From contig JAFLDH010000005.1 of the NCBI GenBank assembly GCA_017302505.1, positions 1-32,000 of the forward strand: a DNA stretch of 32,000 nucleotides, given 5' to 3'. The position numbers and the translations under genes were made by a program. Under the pieces are notes generated by a model that saw nothing but the letters and a program-made list of their open reading frames with translations, made no database searches and was not told where the DNA came from. Below, in pieces: positions 7,761-14,890 of this stretch (position 1 is its first letter; each line of letters starts with the position of its first letter). The stretch is from Burkholderiales bacterium. GTDB taxonomy: Bacteria; Pseudomonadota; Gammaproteobacteria; Burkholderiales; Burkholderiaceae_C.

Positions 7761-8914
7761 AGCCGGGCAGGACGGTAGCAGCGCAGGCGGTGTCCGATGG
7801 GCGTCGCATCAAGTGGACCCTGGAACAGGCGATCCAGGGCGAGACAGACCGGGTCCGGGTCGATTGGTTGCGGTTCACGCTGCCTCTGGGCGCGGTCGTG
7901 CCGTTCGAGCAGCGGGGCGAAGTGGACCCCGGTGTATTGGGGACGATGGACCGGGCCGAGCGGGAGGTTCAGGTGCTGGCTCGGGGCATCGAAGCTGAAC
8001 CCCTCGGCGCAATGTACGTCGCGCGTAAGGCGGCGGTGATGCTGGCCGATCGGCTCGGGTTCGAGGTCGGCACCGTCGAGGATCGAGGGCAAGACTTCTA
8101 CCTTTGCCGGGTTCCGCTGCTGGTCAACGCTGAAACGGTGGGCTTCGTCCTGGCCGGCTCCGACAAGTCGGCACAACAGGCGGGAACCGTTCACTTCAAC
8201 CTGTTCGGCGCTGCTTGCCTTCGTGTTTCGCATGCTCAATGGGCGGGCGTTGCGTCTTGGGTTCGGGATGCGTCGGGCTGGATCACGCGCTGCGATCTGG
8301 CGCTAGACATTTTCGAGGGCTTCGATATTGCGTCGATGCCTCAAGCGTGGCTGAACGGGCAATTTGACGTTCGCGGGCAAAGACCCGCGGAGCGTGAAGC
8401 CGGGGCGTGGACTAGCGGTCACTCGCGCACCTTCTACGTTGGCAAGCGTGAGACCGGGAAAGAGCTTCGCGGGTACGAAAAGGGCGATGAGTTGTTCGGC
8501 CATGAAGCCGGCGATCCCTGGTTCCGCGCCGAGGTCGAGTTCCGCAATAACGCACGGGTCATAGACCCGGCCATCCTCGAACGGCCGGCCGACTTCTTCG
8601 CGGGTGCCTATCCGTGGTGTGCGGCTCTCCTGGCCGCGCAAAGCGTCCAGGCTGAACCCGTCCGTATTCCGGCCGGGCAGCGGGTCAAGGATGCCACCGC
8701 ACGCGCTGCGGTTTCGCGCACTGCGGCCTGGGTCGTTCGCGTTGCGATGCCGTCGGTTCGCGAGGTATTCGACAAAGCCGGCGAGTTCTTCGACGAACAG
8801 CTGATCGGCTCCGTTGGGCGGCTTTCGCACCGGCTGCGTGGCTGGTCCGAGGTCGAGCGGCGGCAAGCCTTCGCACAAGTATTCGGCGCGTCCCCCCTCG
8901 CGTCGGGTCCATGA
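7757..8914 (+). CDS. rolling-circle replication initiator (Rep_trans / RstA-gpII-like)
   Basis: 385 aa. RVDWLRFTLP, ITRCDLALDIF, TFYVGKRETGKELRGYEKG and FRAEVEFRN blocks match my recollection of the Rep_trans (PF02486) family used by CTX-type and other inoviruses. Confidence 0.8.
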   Translation: MKPGRTVAAQAVSDGRRIKWTLEQAIQGETDRVRVDWLRFTLPLGAVVPFEQRGEVDPGVLGTMDRAEREVQVLARGIEAEPLGAMYVARKAAVMLADRLGFEVGTVEDRGQDFYLCRVPLLVNAETVGFVLAGSDKSAQQAGTVHFNLFGAACLRVSHAQWAGVASWVRDASGWITRCDLALDIFEGFDIASMPQAWLNGQFDVRGQRPAEREAGAWTSGHSRTFYVGKRETGKELRGYEKGDELFGHEAGDPWFRAEVEFRNNARVIDPAILERPADFFAGAYPWCAALLAAQSVQAEPVRIPAGQRVKDATARAAVSRTAAWVVRVAMPSVREVFDKAGEFFDEQLIGSVGRLSHRLRGWSEVERRQAFAQVFGASPLASGP

Positions 8915-8936
8915 AGTTAGGGGGTAGGAAAGCATC

Positions 8937-9239
8937 ATGAAGTTTCAAAGCCGTATCACGGTCTTCGGCATGAAAGCGTCGAAGGGCGATTACGAGGGCG
9001 TCGAGTTCGATTCGACAAAGGTTTACACGCTGACTTCGATGGACGAATCGAAAGGCAACATGAAGGGGCAAGCCTGCGTCGAGTACACGCTCGGCCTGTC
9101 CGAGGAATATGACAAGTTCAAGCACTTGCCGTTCCCCTTCGACGCTGATGCGGAGTTCGAGATCGTCACCACGGGCAAAGCCTCGAAGACGGTGCTTCGC
9201 ACTCTGCGGCCGGTCGAGGCGAAGCTGCCGAAGCCCTAA
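8937..9239 (+). CDS. ssDNA-binding protein candidate (g5p position), 100 aa
   Basis: Small ORF directly after rep, preceded by GGGGGTAGGAAAG. The functional call rests on position and size only. Confidence 0.55.
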   Translation: MKFQSRITVFGMKASKGDYEGVEFDSTKVYTLTSMDESKGNMKGQACVEYTLGLSEEYDKFKHLPFPFDADAEFEIVTTGKASKTVLRTLRPVEAKLPKP

Positions 9240-9242
9240 GCC

Positions 9243-9446
9243 ATGCGGCTCCTCATCCAGTCCTGCGAAACGTGGCAGTTCCTGCACGTGTCGCCCCGTA
9301 ACGGTGATGTGACTTGGACGCCTTCACTTTTGACGGCGATCCGGCACGGCATCGTGGCGGAACCGGATGAGGCCGCGCAGCTGATCGAGGACCACGCAGA
9401 AGTCGGCGGCTGCATCGTCGTCAACCTGGATGCGGCTCGGTCCTGA
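9243..9446 (+). CDS. hypothetical phage protein (67 aa)
   Basis: Starts 4 nt after the previous stop. Third-position GC bias is consistent with coding. Confidence 0.5.
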   Translation: MRLLIQSCETWQFLHVSPRNGDVTWTPSLLTAIRHGIVAEPDEAAQLIEDHAEVGGCIVVNLDAARS

Positions 9447-9458
9447 GTTGTCGCGGCC

Positions 9459-9557
9459 ATGCACCTTCCGAACCCCCTCGAACTTTTCGGCTGGTGGATG
9501 GCTGTTTGTATCGCATATGCGTGGGCGGTTCTCATGCGAAACCGCCTCATGAATTAG
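9459..9557 (+). CDS. 32-aa hydrophobic micro-ORF (g7p/g9p-like minor coat candidate); not in the ORF track
   Basis: My translation is MHLPNPLELFGWWMAVCIAYAWAVLMRNRLMN: a single TM-like core with a basic tail, located just upstream of the major coat gene as in Ff phages. Confidence 0.4.
   Translation: MHLPNPLELFGWWMAVCIAYAWAVLMRNRLMN
9529..9540. repeat. palindrome copy, 11/12
   Basis: TTCtCATGCGAA, 78 bp upstream of the coat gene ATG. A related palindrome CGCATATGCG lies at 9512-9521. Confidence 0.6.
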
Positions 9558-9617
9558 GCCGGGAGTGCCTGATCCGTCGCCGGCGCGGGTTTCGTCGGTT
9601 TCTTTGGAGTGTTTGCA

Positions 9618-9809
9618 ATGAAGTTCTCGAAGTTCGGCGCCATCGGCGCAACCCTGTCCGGTCTGGCGATCCAGGCCCACGCCGCCGTCCCGGCGGCCGT
9701 CACCACGGCGCTCGAAGGCATGCAGGAGGACGGTCTGGCCGTGGCCACCGCCGTACTCGTCGCCACCATCGTGGTCGCCGCCTTCAAGTTCATGAAGAAG
9801 GGCATGTGA
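9618..9809 (+). CDS. major coat protein precursor (g8p-like)
   Basis: 63 aa. Signal peptide MKFSKFGAIGATLSGLAIQAHA. The predicted ~41-aa mature part has an acidic N-terminus (EGMQED), a hydrophobic core (LAVATAVLVATIVVAAF) and a basic C-terminus (KFMKKGM). GGAG at 9606-9609 precedes ATG 9618. Confidence 0.85.
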   Translation: MKFSKFGAIGATLSGLAIQAHAAVPAAVTTALEGMQEDGLAVATAVLVATIVVAAFKFMKKGM

Positions 9810-10237
9810 TGGGCTTCCCGGCGCGGTCGGCATTTGCGGTTGCGGCCTTCGTGGCGGCGGCTTCGGTGCAGGCTGCGCCGGGCTTTGGCTATCAGGACCG
9901 GTGCTATGCGACAAAAGCCGAAGCTCTAGCGGCGTTCTGCCGCGGGGAATTTCCGAAGCTTTCGCTTGAGACGGATGAATCGGTTTCCGCGAACACGTGG
10001 TCGTTGCTAATCAAGGTGGCAACGTGTCAGTCGGTTACGGCTCCGGATACGCTGAATCTCTGGTGGAACCGACCCGGTCAAAACGGGCAGGGCGGCGTCG
10101 CGATGAAGCTCGATAACTGGCCGCCGTGCGACACGGACAATTATTTCGGGCTAAGTGATGCTCTTCTCCTCGGATGGGGCATCGGCACCGCTTGGATTCT
10201 GACTGCGGCGGCGCTTCGCATGCGAAAGGCGTGGTAA
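9809..10237 (+). CDS. secreted/membrane-anchored phage protein (142 aa), minor virion protein candidate
   Basis: The ATG overlaps the coat stop (ATGTGATG). Signal peptide MGFPARSAFAVAAFVAAASVQA. C-terminal TM LLLGWGIGTAWILTAAAL followed by RMRKAW. The upstream part of the track ORF (from 9494) is rejected. Confidence 0.7.
   Translation: MGFPARSAFAVAAFVAAASVQAAPGFGYQDRCYATKAEALAAFCRGEFPKLSLETDESVSANTWSLLIKVATCQSVTAPDTLNLWWNRPGQNGQGGVAMKLDNWPPCDTDNYFGLSDALLLGWGIGTAWILTAAALRMRKAW
10215..10226. repeat. palindrome copy, perfect
   Basis: TTCGCATGCGAA at the 3' end of the 142-aa ORF, just upstream of the 28-aa ORF and the g3p-like gene. Confidence 0.7.
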
Positions 10238-10323
10238 TGCTAATTGCAGATTACATCTATCCTATCGCGCTCTTAGTCTGCCTTTGCGGCGTGGCTTGGA
10301 TCATCGTCAAGGGGCTGGAATGA
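10237..10323 (+). CDS. 28-aa hydrophobic micro-ORF (g7p/g9p-like candidate); not in the ORF track
   Basis: My translation is MLIADYIYPIALLVCLCGVAWIIVKGLE. Its ATG overlaps the upstream stop (TAATG) and its stop overlaps the downstream ATG (ATGA at 10320-10323). Confidence 0.5.
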   Translation: MLIADYIYPIALLVCLCGVAWIIVKGLE

Positions 10324-11822
10324 AAGACGGTCCAGCTGCATTCTTCCTGTCGTTTCTCGTCGTCGGGCTTCTTCTGGTGTCGATGCCTCGATGCGCAATG
10401 GCTCTAACTCCACCAGTCGGCACTATTCAGCCGGCGATTGATGCCACCGGGCGGGTAACTGTCGGTGTTGGAGCAATGAATAATTCTTGGGGCGTCACTA
10501 TCGGGACGAATCCAGGCGGCACGAACATTGGTAAAGATTTCGTGATGCCCGGCCCAGGCGGTCGCACCGCTGCGGCTAAGGTAACTGCTAGGCTCACGGC
10601 GGCGGAGCTTGCGTTATTCGCTGGTCGCGCGGCTGGTGCGATAGGTGCGGCGGCATGGGTCGGCTCCATGCTGTACGACTATTGGCAGGATGAGCGAGTG
10701 CAGCCGGGCGGCGCGTCTGGTGCTCTTGGGCGTGATCCAGGTCAAGCGACCGTGCCGTTCGATCAGTGGTGCGTTGCGGCCAGTGGGGTGCAATCGGCCA
10801 GCACTTGGACGGGCTGCTATGGAACACCGATGGCGGCCATGCAGGGGCTCGCGGGTTACTTCAATGATACGAACTATCAAGACGGCGGCGGGCTTAAAAG
10901 CGTCTGGTCTGCGCCCACTGTTTGCAACGCGTCCGGCGACTTCGTAGATTGCTGGCTTCGCGTGGCGCAGTGCTTCGGCGCAGGCTGCACTGTCGGCGCG
11001 CCGTCGAACTATCAACAGGTCCGGGTAAACAAGTCGGTTGGTGCGCAGTGCCCGGCCTGGATTGATTTCTACGGCAATAACATTGCTGCCGGCGGTAGCG
11101 CAATCGGCCCGGATGGCAAGTGTCCTAGTGGCACCTATGCGCCTATCACTGCGGAAGAGTTGCAAGCGATACGCGAAGCGCGGGCTAATGCGTGGGTGCC
11201 CGAAGACCTAAACGAACTGACCCGGGAGATTCTCGGCATCGTGCCGATTCCGGTGCAAGACGTTGCGGACGTAGAGGTTGGGAACGTCGTGCCCGGCAGC
11301 TTGAGCGGTCCGGAAACCACCACCACCACGGAAGTCGGCGGGCAACAGGTCGAGCAGAAAGAAGCCATCGGGTGGGATTGGTCTCGTGACCCGTTGCGGG
11401 GTACTGAAGGGAACTGGATCGAGACAAAAACCATCTTTGAGAAAGACGCTAACGGTAACTGGCAAACCAAGTCCACCACGCGCACTCAGGGCGAAACGTC
11501 AGGCGATGCTGCGAAGAAGGCCGGCGATATGTGCGCGCTAAACCCCGATGCGGCAGCATGCAAGGCCCTTGGCACTGCACCGGAACCGGACACGATTCCG
11601 GAGCAGGAAATCGAGTTCGAGATAACGCCTGTTTCGGGGTTTGGACCGTCAACGGCGGCATGCCCGGCGCCTCGAACAATCAGCGTGTCTCATGGTGTCC
11701 AGCTGTCTATGCCGTTCGATCTGCTGTGCGAGTTCGCGGACGGAATACGCCCCGTCGTTCTAGCCATGGCATGGATCGGCGCGGTGTTCACGTTCATGGG
11801 CGTAAGCCGGCGCGAGGGGTAA
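10320..11822 (+). CDS. adsorption/minor coat protein (g3p-like), 500 aa
   Basis: Signal peptide MKDGPAAFFLSFLVVGLLLVSMPRCAMA. Cys-paired N-terminal regions, a Thr-rich linker (PETTTTTE) and a C-terminal membrane anchor VVLAMAWIGAVFTFMGV followed by SRREG. It is the largest ORF and sits at the g3p position. Start moved to ATG 10320. Confidence 0.75.
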   Translation: MKDGPAAFFLSFLVVGLLLVSMPRCAMALTPPVGTIQPAIDATGRVTVGVGAMNNSWGVTIGTNPGGTNIGKDFVMPGPGGRTAAAKVTARLTAAELALFAGRAAGAIGAAAWVGSMLYDYWQDERVQPGGASGALGRDPGQATVPFDQWCVAASGVQSASTWTGCYGTPMAAMQGLAGYFNDTNYQDGGGLKSVWSAPTVCNASGDFVDCWLRVAQCFGAGCTVGAPSNYQQVRVNKSVGAQCPAWIDFYGNNIAAGGSAIGPDGKCPSGTYAPITAEELQAIREARANAWVPEDLNELTREILGIVPIPVQDVADVEVGNVVPGSLSGPETTTTTEVGGQQVEQKEAIGWDWSRDPLRGTEGNWIETKTIFEKDANGNWQTKSTTRTQGETSGDAAKKAGDMCALNPDAAACKALGTAPEPDTIPEQEIEFEITPVSGFGPSTAACPAPRTISVSHGVQLSMPFDLLCEFADGIRPVVLAMAWIGAVFTFMGVSRREG

Positions 11823-11825
11823 CGT

Positions 11826-12101
11826 ATGAACTGGGCAACCTGGCTAATGAGTCTCGCGGCGCCGATTGCGAAGCGCGTCGCGGTCGCACTCGGTTTCGGT
11901 TATGTCAGTTTCGAGGGCGCTGCTCTGGTTCTGGAAAACGCATTCGCGTCGGCGCAGGGGGCCTTAGGCGGGCTCGTCGGGGAAGCGGCGGCGATCTTGG
12001 CACGCGCTGGCATGTTCGATGCGATGGCGATTGCGTCCGGCGCGCTGGTGGCGTCCTTGTCCTGGGTCATGCTGCGTAGGTTCGCGCTTGTCTCGTCTTA
12101 G
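11826..12101 (+). CDS. g6p-like minor coat protein (DUF2523-like), 91 aa
   Basis: MNWATWLMSLAAPIAKRVAVALGFGYVSFEG.. with several hydrophobic segments, located between the g3p-like and Zot-like genes. Confidence 0.7.
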   Translation: MNWATWLMSLAAPIAKRVAVALGFGYVSFEGAALVLENAFASAQGALGGLVGEAAAILARAGMFDAMAIASGALVASLSWVMLRRFALVSS

Positions 12102-12105
12102 GGGT

Positions 12106-12117
12106 TTCGCATGCGAA
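12106..12117. repeat. palindrome copy, perfect
   Basis: TTCGCATGCGAA, 5 nt after the g6p-like stop and upstream of the zot-like gene. Confidence 0.7.
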
Positions 12118-12210
12118 CGGTCTTTCTTCGTCGCTCCCTGTGGCGCGCATGGTCCGCGGCGATAGGCTTCGGGGTTCGGCAGCTGCTGCGCTCGTTGTTC
12201 AGGTGATGCG

Positions 12211-13278
12211 GTGGCGATCACGCTGATAACAGGCGTTCCGGGCAGTGGGAAGTCGGCGCTTATCGTTTCGCTCTTGGCAAAGCAGCCGGCAGACCGGCCG
12301 GTTTATGTCCACGGCATACCCGATCTAAAGGTCAAGCACCTAAAGCTCGAAGACCCGCACCGCTGGCACCTCGATCTGCCGGATGGTGCGCTAGTGGTTA
12401 TTGATGAGGTGCAGGAGGTATGGCGCGCGGCCGGGGCAGGGCAGAAAGTGCCGGAGTCGATACAGGCCCTCGAAAGGCACCGGCACCGGGGCTTTGATTT
12501 CATCATTGCCACGCAGGGGCCGAAGCTCGTTCATTCAAACGTTCGAGCCCTGGTGAATCCGCACATTCACTTGCGTAACCTTGGCTTCTTGGGGCGTCGA
12601 TATTATGAATGGCCGGAGTGCTCTGATTTGCTGTCTTGGAAGTCTGCGCCGATTTCCAAAAAGTACAAGCTTCCAAAGCGCGTGTTCTCGGAGTATCGAA
12701 GCGCAACCATTCACAACAAACCGGCAAACCGGATACCTGCGTCGGCCCTGGTGCTCGGTGTCGGGGTTGTCGCCCTGGTCGGGCTCGGCTGGTATCTGAG
12801 CGGGCGGCTCCTTCGCGGCGCGGGCGTCGAGGGCGAAGCCGTCGCGACAGCACCGGCGGCAGCTTCGGCACCGGCAGGGCAGGGCGGGGCGCTTGATCGA
12901 ATCATCAACGGGGCGCGCGAGGTCGAAGCGGCGGCCGGCATCGCACGCTGGCCGGAGTACGCAAGCGGCGCGCTGCGGACCGAGGTCGAGCCATTCGAGG
13001 GGCTTGCCGTTGTGCTCGATGGCCACTGGCAACGGGACGGGGCAACCTTTGCGAGTTTTGGGCTGATCGACGCTGGCCAGCGTATCGCGACGATGACACT
13101 CGCGCAGGTAGTGCGTGCCGGGTACTCGTGGAAAACGCTCGCGCCATGCGTCGGCGCGCTGCGGTTCGGCGAGGTCGAGCGGCGGGTTATATGCGGCAAG
13201 CCTGCACTGCCGCTACCCGCACCGGCCGCAGGTGCAAGCGTCGAAGCTAACGCTTCGACGGTGCCGGCCAGACTCTAG
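12211..13278 (+). CDS. Zot / g1p-like assembly ATPase
   Basis: GTG start after AGGTGA. Walker A ITGVPGSGKS, Walker B-like LVVIDEVQE, a central TM ALVLGVGVVALVGLGWYL and a C-terminal periplasmic-type domain. Confidence 0.85.
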   Translation: MAITLITGVPGSGKSALIVSLLAKQPADRPVYVHGIPDLKVKHLKLEDPHRWHLDLPDGALVVIDEVQEVWRAAGAGQKVPESIQALERHRHRGFDFIIATQGPKLVHSNVRALVNPHIHLRNLGFLGRRYYEWPECSDLLSWKSAPISKKYKLPKRVFSEYRSATIHNKPANRIPASALVLGVGVVALVGLGWYLSGRLLRGAGVEGEAVATAPAAASAPAGQGGALDRIINGAREVEAAAGIARWPEYASGALRTEVEPFEGLAVVLDGHWQRDGATFASFGLIDAGQRIATMTLAQVVRAGYSWKTLAPCVGALRFGEVERRVICGKPALPLPAPAAGASVEANASTVPARL

Positions 13279-13310
13279 GCGTTCGGAAACGTCACGGGTA
13301 GGGCAGGGCG

Positions 13311-13322
13311 TTCGCATGAGAA
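13311..13322. repeat. palindrome copy, 11/12
   Basis: TTCGCATGaGAA, immediately 5' of the 13325-13343 hairpin. Confidence 0.6.
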
Positions 13323-13343
13323 AAGGCCCGGCGAAGCCGGGCC
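13321..13343. terminator. hairpin between the convergent zot-like gene and the reverse-strand accessory operon
   Basis: Stem GGCCCGGC (13325-13332) / GCCGGGCC (13336-13343), loop GAA. The preceding AAAA gives a T-tract on the minus strand. Confidence 0.55.
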
Positions 13344-13366
13344 GCGATCAATTTCCTGGGTGCGGT

Positions 13367-13594
13367 TCACCCGATAACGCGGTCCACGTTGCGGATTTCG
13401 TATCCGTTCCGCCCGGCCCATTCCTTCGCAAGCCATGAGGCTTCCGCGCTTGTGTCCGCTGGCGGTGTGTTGGGCGTTGCTGCGCTCGGGCCGCGGTTGT
13501 GGTAGTCGTCGGCTGTCACTACCCGGCCGACGAAACGCACCCGGCCCGGCTCGTCGCTGGGTACGGGTTGCACGCTGATGAAAGCGAAGTTCAC
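13367..13594 (-). CDS. hypothetical protein (75 aa) coupled to the parB-like gene
   Basis: The GTG at 13594 overlaps the ParB-like stop (GTGA). Sequence (V/M)NFAFISVQPVPSDEPGRVRFVGRVV...WLAKEWAGRNGYEIRNVDRVIG. The track's ATG at 13627 would overlap parB by 37 nt. No family recognised. Confidence 0.45.
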   Translation of the reverse strand: MNFAFISVQPVPSDEPGRVRFVGRVVTADDYHNRGPSAATPNTPPADTSAEASWLAKEWAGRNGYEIRNVDRVIG

Positions 13595-14442
13595 GCGCCG
13601 GCCTTCGTCAGTTCGGCGCAAAGCCATTCGATCCCGCCCAGCTGCTCGAAGGCGGCGAGGTACTGCACCGGCACGGCCACCTGAAAATGCGTCGTCGGAT
13701 CGACCGGCGCGGCGGTGGTGGTTTCGGTGTGGTTGGCCTTGGTGTGCGTCGTTGTCGTCGTCACGGGTGCGGGCGCAGCTGCGGGCGGTGCCTTCAAAGC
13801 GGCGAGGGCATCCCGGGCGATCTGGCGATTCATGTCGCCGGCCTGGGCAATGCGGATCATTCGGCCCATCGTTAACAGGGCGCGCGGATCGGTTTTCGTC
13901 AGCTTGTCGATTTGGTTGAGGAGAATAAGCGTTTCGAGGTCCTGCACGATGCCGCGATCGAGCATTTCGGCCGCGATCGTGGAAAAGCTCGAACCCGTCA
14001 AGCTCAGGTGTTTCGAGACCCAGGCGGGCGACTTGTTCAGGATCGTGCCGACGCGCTTCGCGTTGTCGTAGATCATCATCAGGGTCCGCACGGCGCGCGC
14101 AGTGTCGGCGAGGGTCATCTGCTCGCGTTGCAGGTTCTCGGCAATCTCCATCTGATAGGCGGCTTCTTGCTCGGCATTGCTGATCAGGGCGGGCACCTCG
14201 GCGAACCCGGCCAGCTTCGCGGCGGCGATGCGGCGGCGGCCGGCGATCACTACGAAAGGCGGGTTCCCGTCCGGGCCGGCTTCGTCGTCGGCGGTGGCGT
14301 TGCGAAGCACCACGGGCTGCAACATGCCGTGAGTCTTCAGCGACTCGGCAAGCTCGGACAGGCCTTCTTTATCGAAGCCGTTCGATAGGCGCACGTTCGA
14401 GGTGGTGCGGATCTGAGCGATGGGGACCAGCTGCACATTCAT
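13591..14442 (-). CDS. ParB/KorB-like DNA-binding protein (ParB N-terminal domain plus HTH), 283 aa
   Basis: From ATG 14442: MNVQLVPIAQIRTTSNVR. Box-II arginine patch VVIAGRRRIAAAKLAG. HTH-like ILNKSPAWVSKHLSL. Low-complexity PPAAAPAPVTTTTTHTKANHTETTTAAP linker and a short C-terminal domain. The track's 94-codon N-terminal extension covers the hairpin region and is rejected. Confidence 0.8.
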   Translation of the reverse strand: MNVQLVPIAQIRTTSNVRLSNGFDKEGLSELAESLKTHGMLQPVVLRNATADDEAGPDGNPPFVVIAGRRRIAAAKLAGFAEVPALISNAEQEAAYQMEIAENLQREQMTLADTARAVRTLMMIYDNAKRVGTILNKSPAWVSKHLSLTGSSFSTIAAEMLDRGIVQDLETLILLNQIDKLTKTDPRALLTMGRMIRIAQAGDMNRQIARDALAALKAPPAAAPAPVTTTTTHTKANHTETTTAAPVDPTTHFQVAVPVQYLAAFEQLGGIEWLCAELTKAGA

Positions 14443-14469
14443 GGCTAACACGCCGTCAATGGCCGCACG

Positions 14470-14481
14470 TTCGCACGCGAA
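14470..14481. repeat. palindrome copy, 11/12, 28 nt upstream of the parB-like ATG
   Basis: TTCGCAcGCGAA. Confidence 0.6.
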
Positions 14482-14541
14482 ACGCACCGGCCGGGCCTGA
14501 GGCACCGCCCTATGCGATACCTTCAGCAGACCTTCCTCGCT

Positions 14542-14560
14542 CCCCTCGCAGGGCGAGGGG
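14542..14560. repeat. short hairpin carrying the CCCCTCGC motif
   Basis: CCCCTCGC (14542-14549) - AGG - GCGAGGGG (14553-14560). Confidence 0.6.
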
Positions 14561-14611
14561 CGGGGGGGAGTGGGTTGGTGGAAAACAGGGCGAAGGGCCG
14601 CGCTGTGGCGA

Positions 14612-14685
14612 CCCCTCGCAAAAAAGACACCCCCGTTAACCCCCTCATAGCGGAGCGGGGGGTTAACGGGGGTGTCTGCGAGGGG
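14612..14685. repeat. 74-nt composite hairpin (candidate packaging signal, ssDNA origin or protein-binding site)
   Basis: Perfect 19-bp inner stem GACACCCCCGTTAACCCCC (14626-14644) / GGGGGTTAACGGGGGTGTC (14658-14676) with a 13-nt loop. Outer 9-bp stem CCCCTCGCA (14612-14620) / TGCGAGGGG (14677-14685), with an AAAAA bulge on the left arm. Confidence 0.75.
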
Positions 14686-14820
14686 TTGGCGCAGCGTGGA
14701 CCGTAGCGGGGTGCAGCCTGCCAAAAGGCGGCGGACGTGACAGCTTCAGCTGGCGCGGCCGCTGCTTGGCAGGCGGATCAGGTGCAGCGGCGGTCGAACA
14801 CCACCGCGCGAGGGATCGTT

Positions 14821-14851
14821 ACCCGAAGGGCCGAAACCCGAAGGGGTTCGG
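14821..14851. repeat. tandem direct repeat ACCCGAAGGG x2 with an overlapping imperfect hairpin
   Basis: ACCCGAAGGG at 14821-14830 and 14836-14845. CCGAAACCC / GGGTTCGG can pair around GAAG. Confidence 0.5.
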
Positions 14852-14890
14852 TTGCAATGCCATAGAGCCCGGTCCGTAGGACGCGCTTAA

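Noticed and set aside
12111-12206. 31-aa ORF (MRTVFLRRSLWRAWSAAIGFGVRQLLRSLFR) between the g6p-like and zot-like genes.
   Set aside because: It is short, highly basic and not hydrophobic. Its ATG lies inside the palindrome copy, so the region is more likely regulatory. It is left uncalled.
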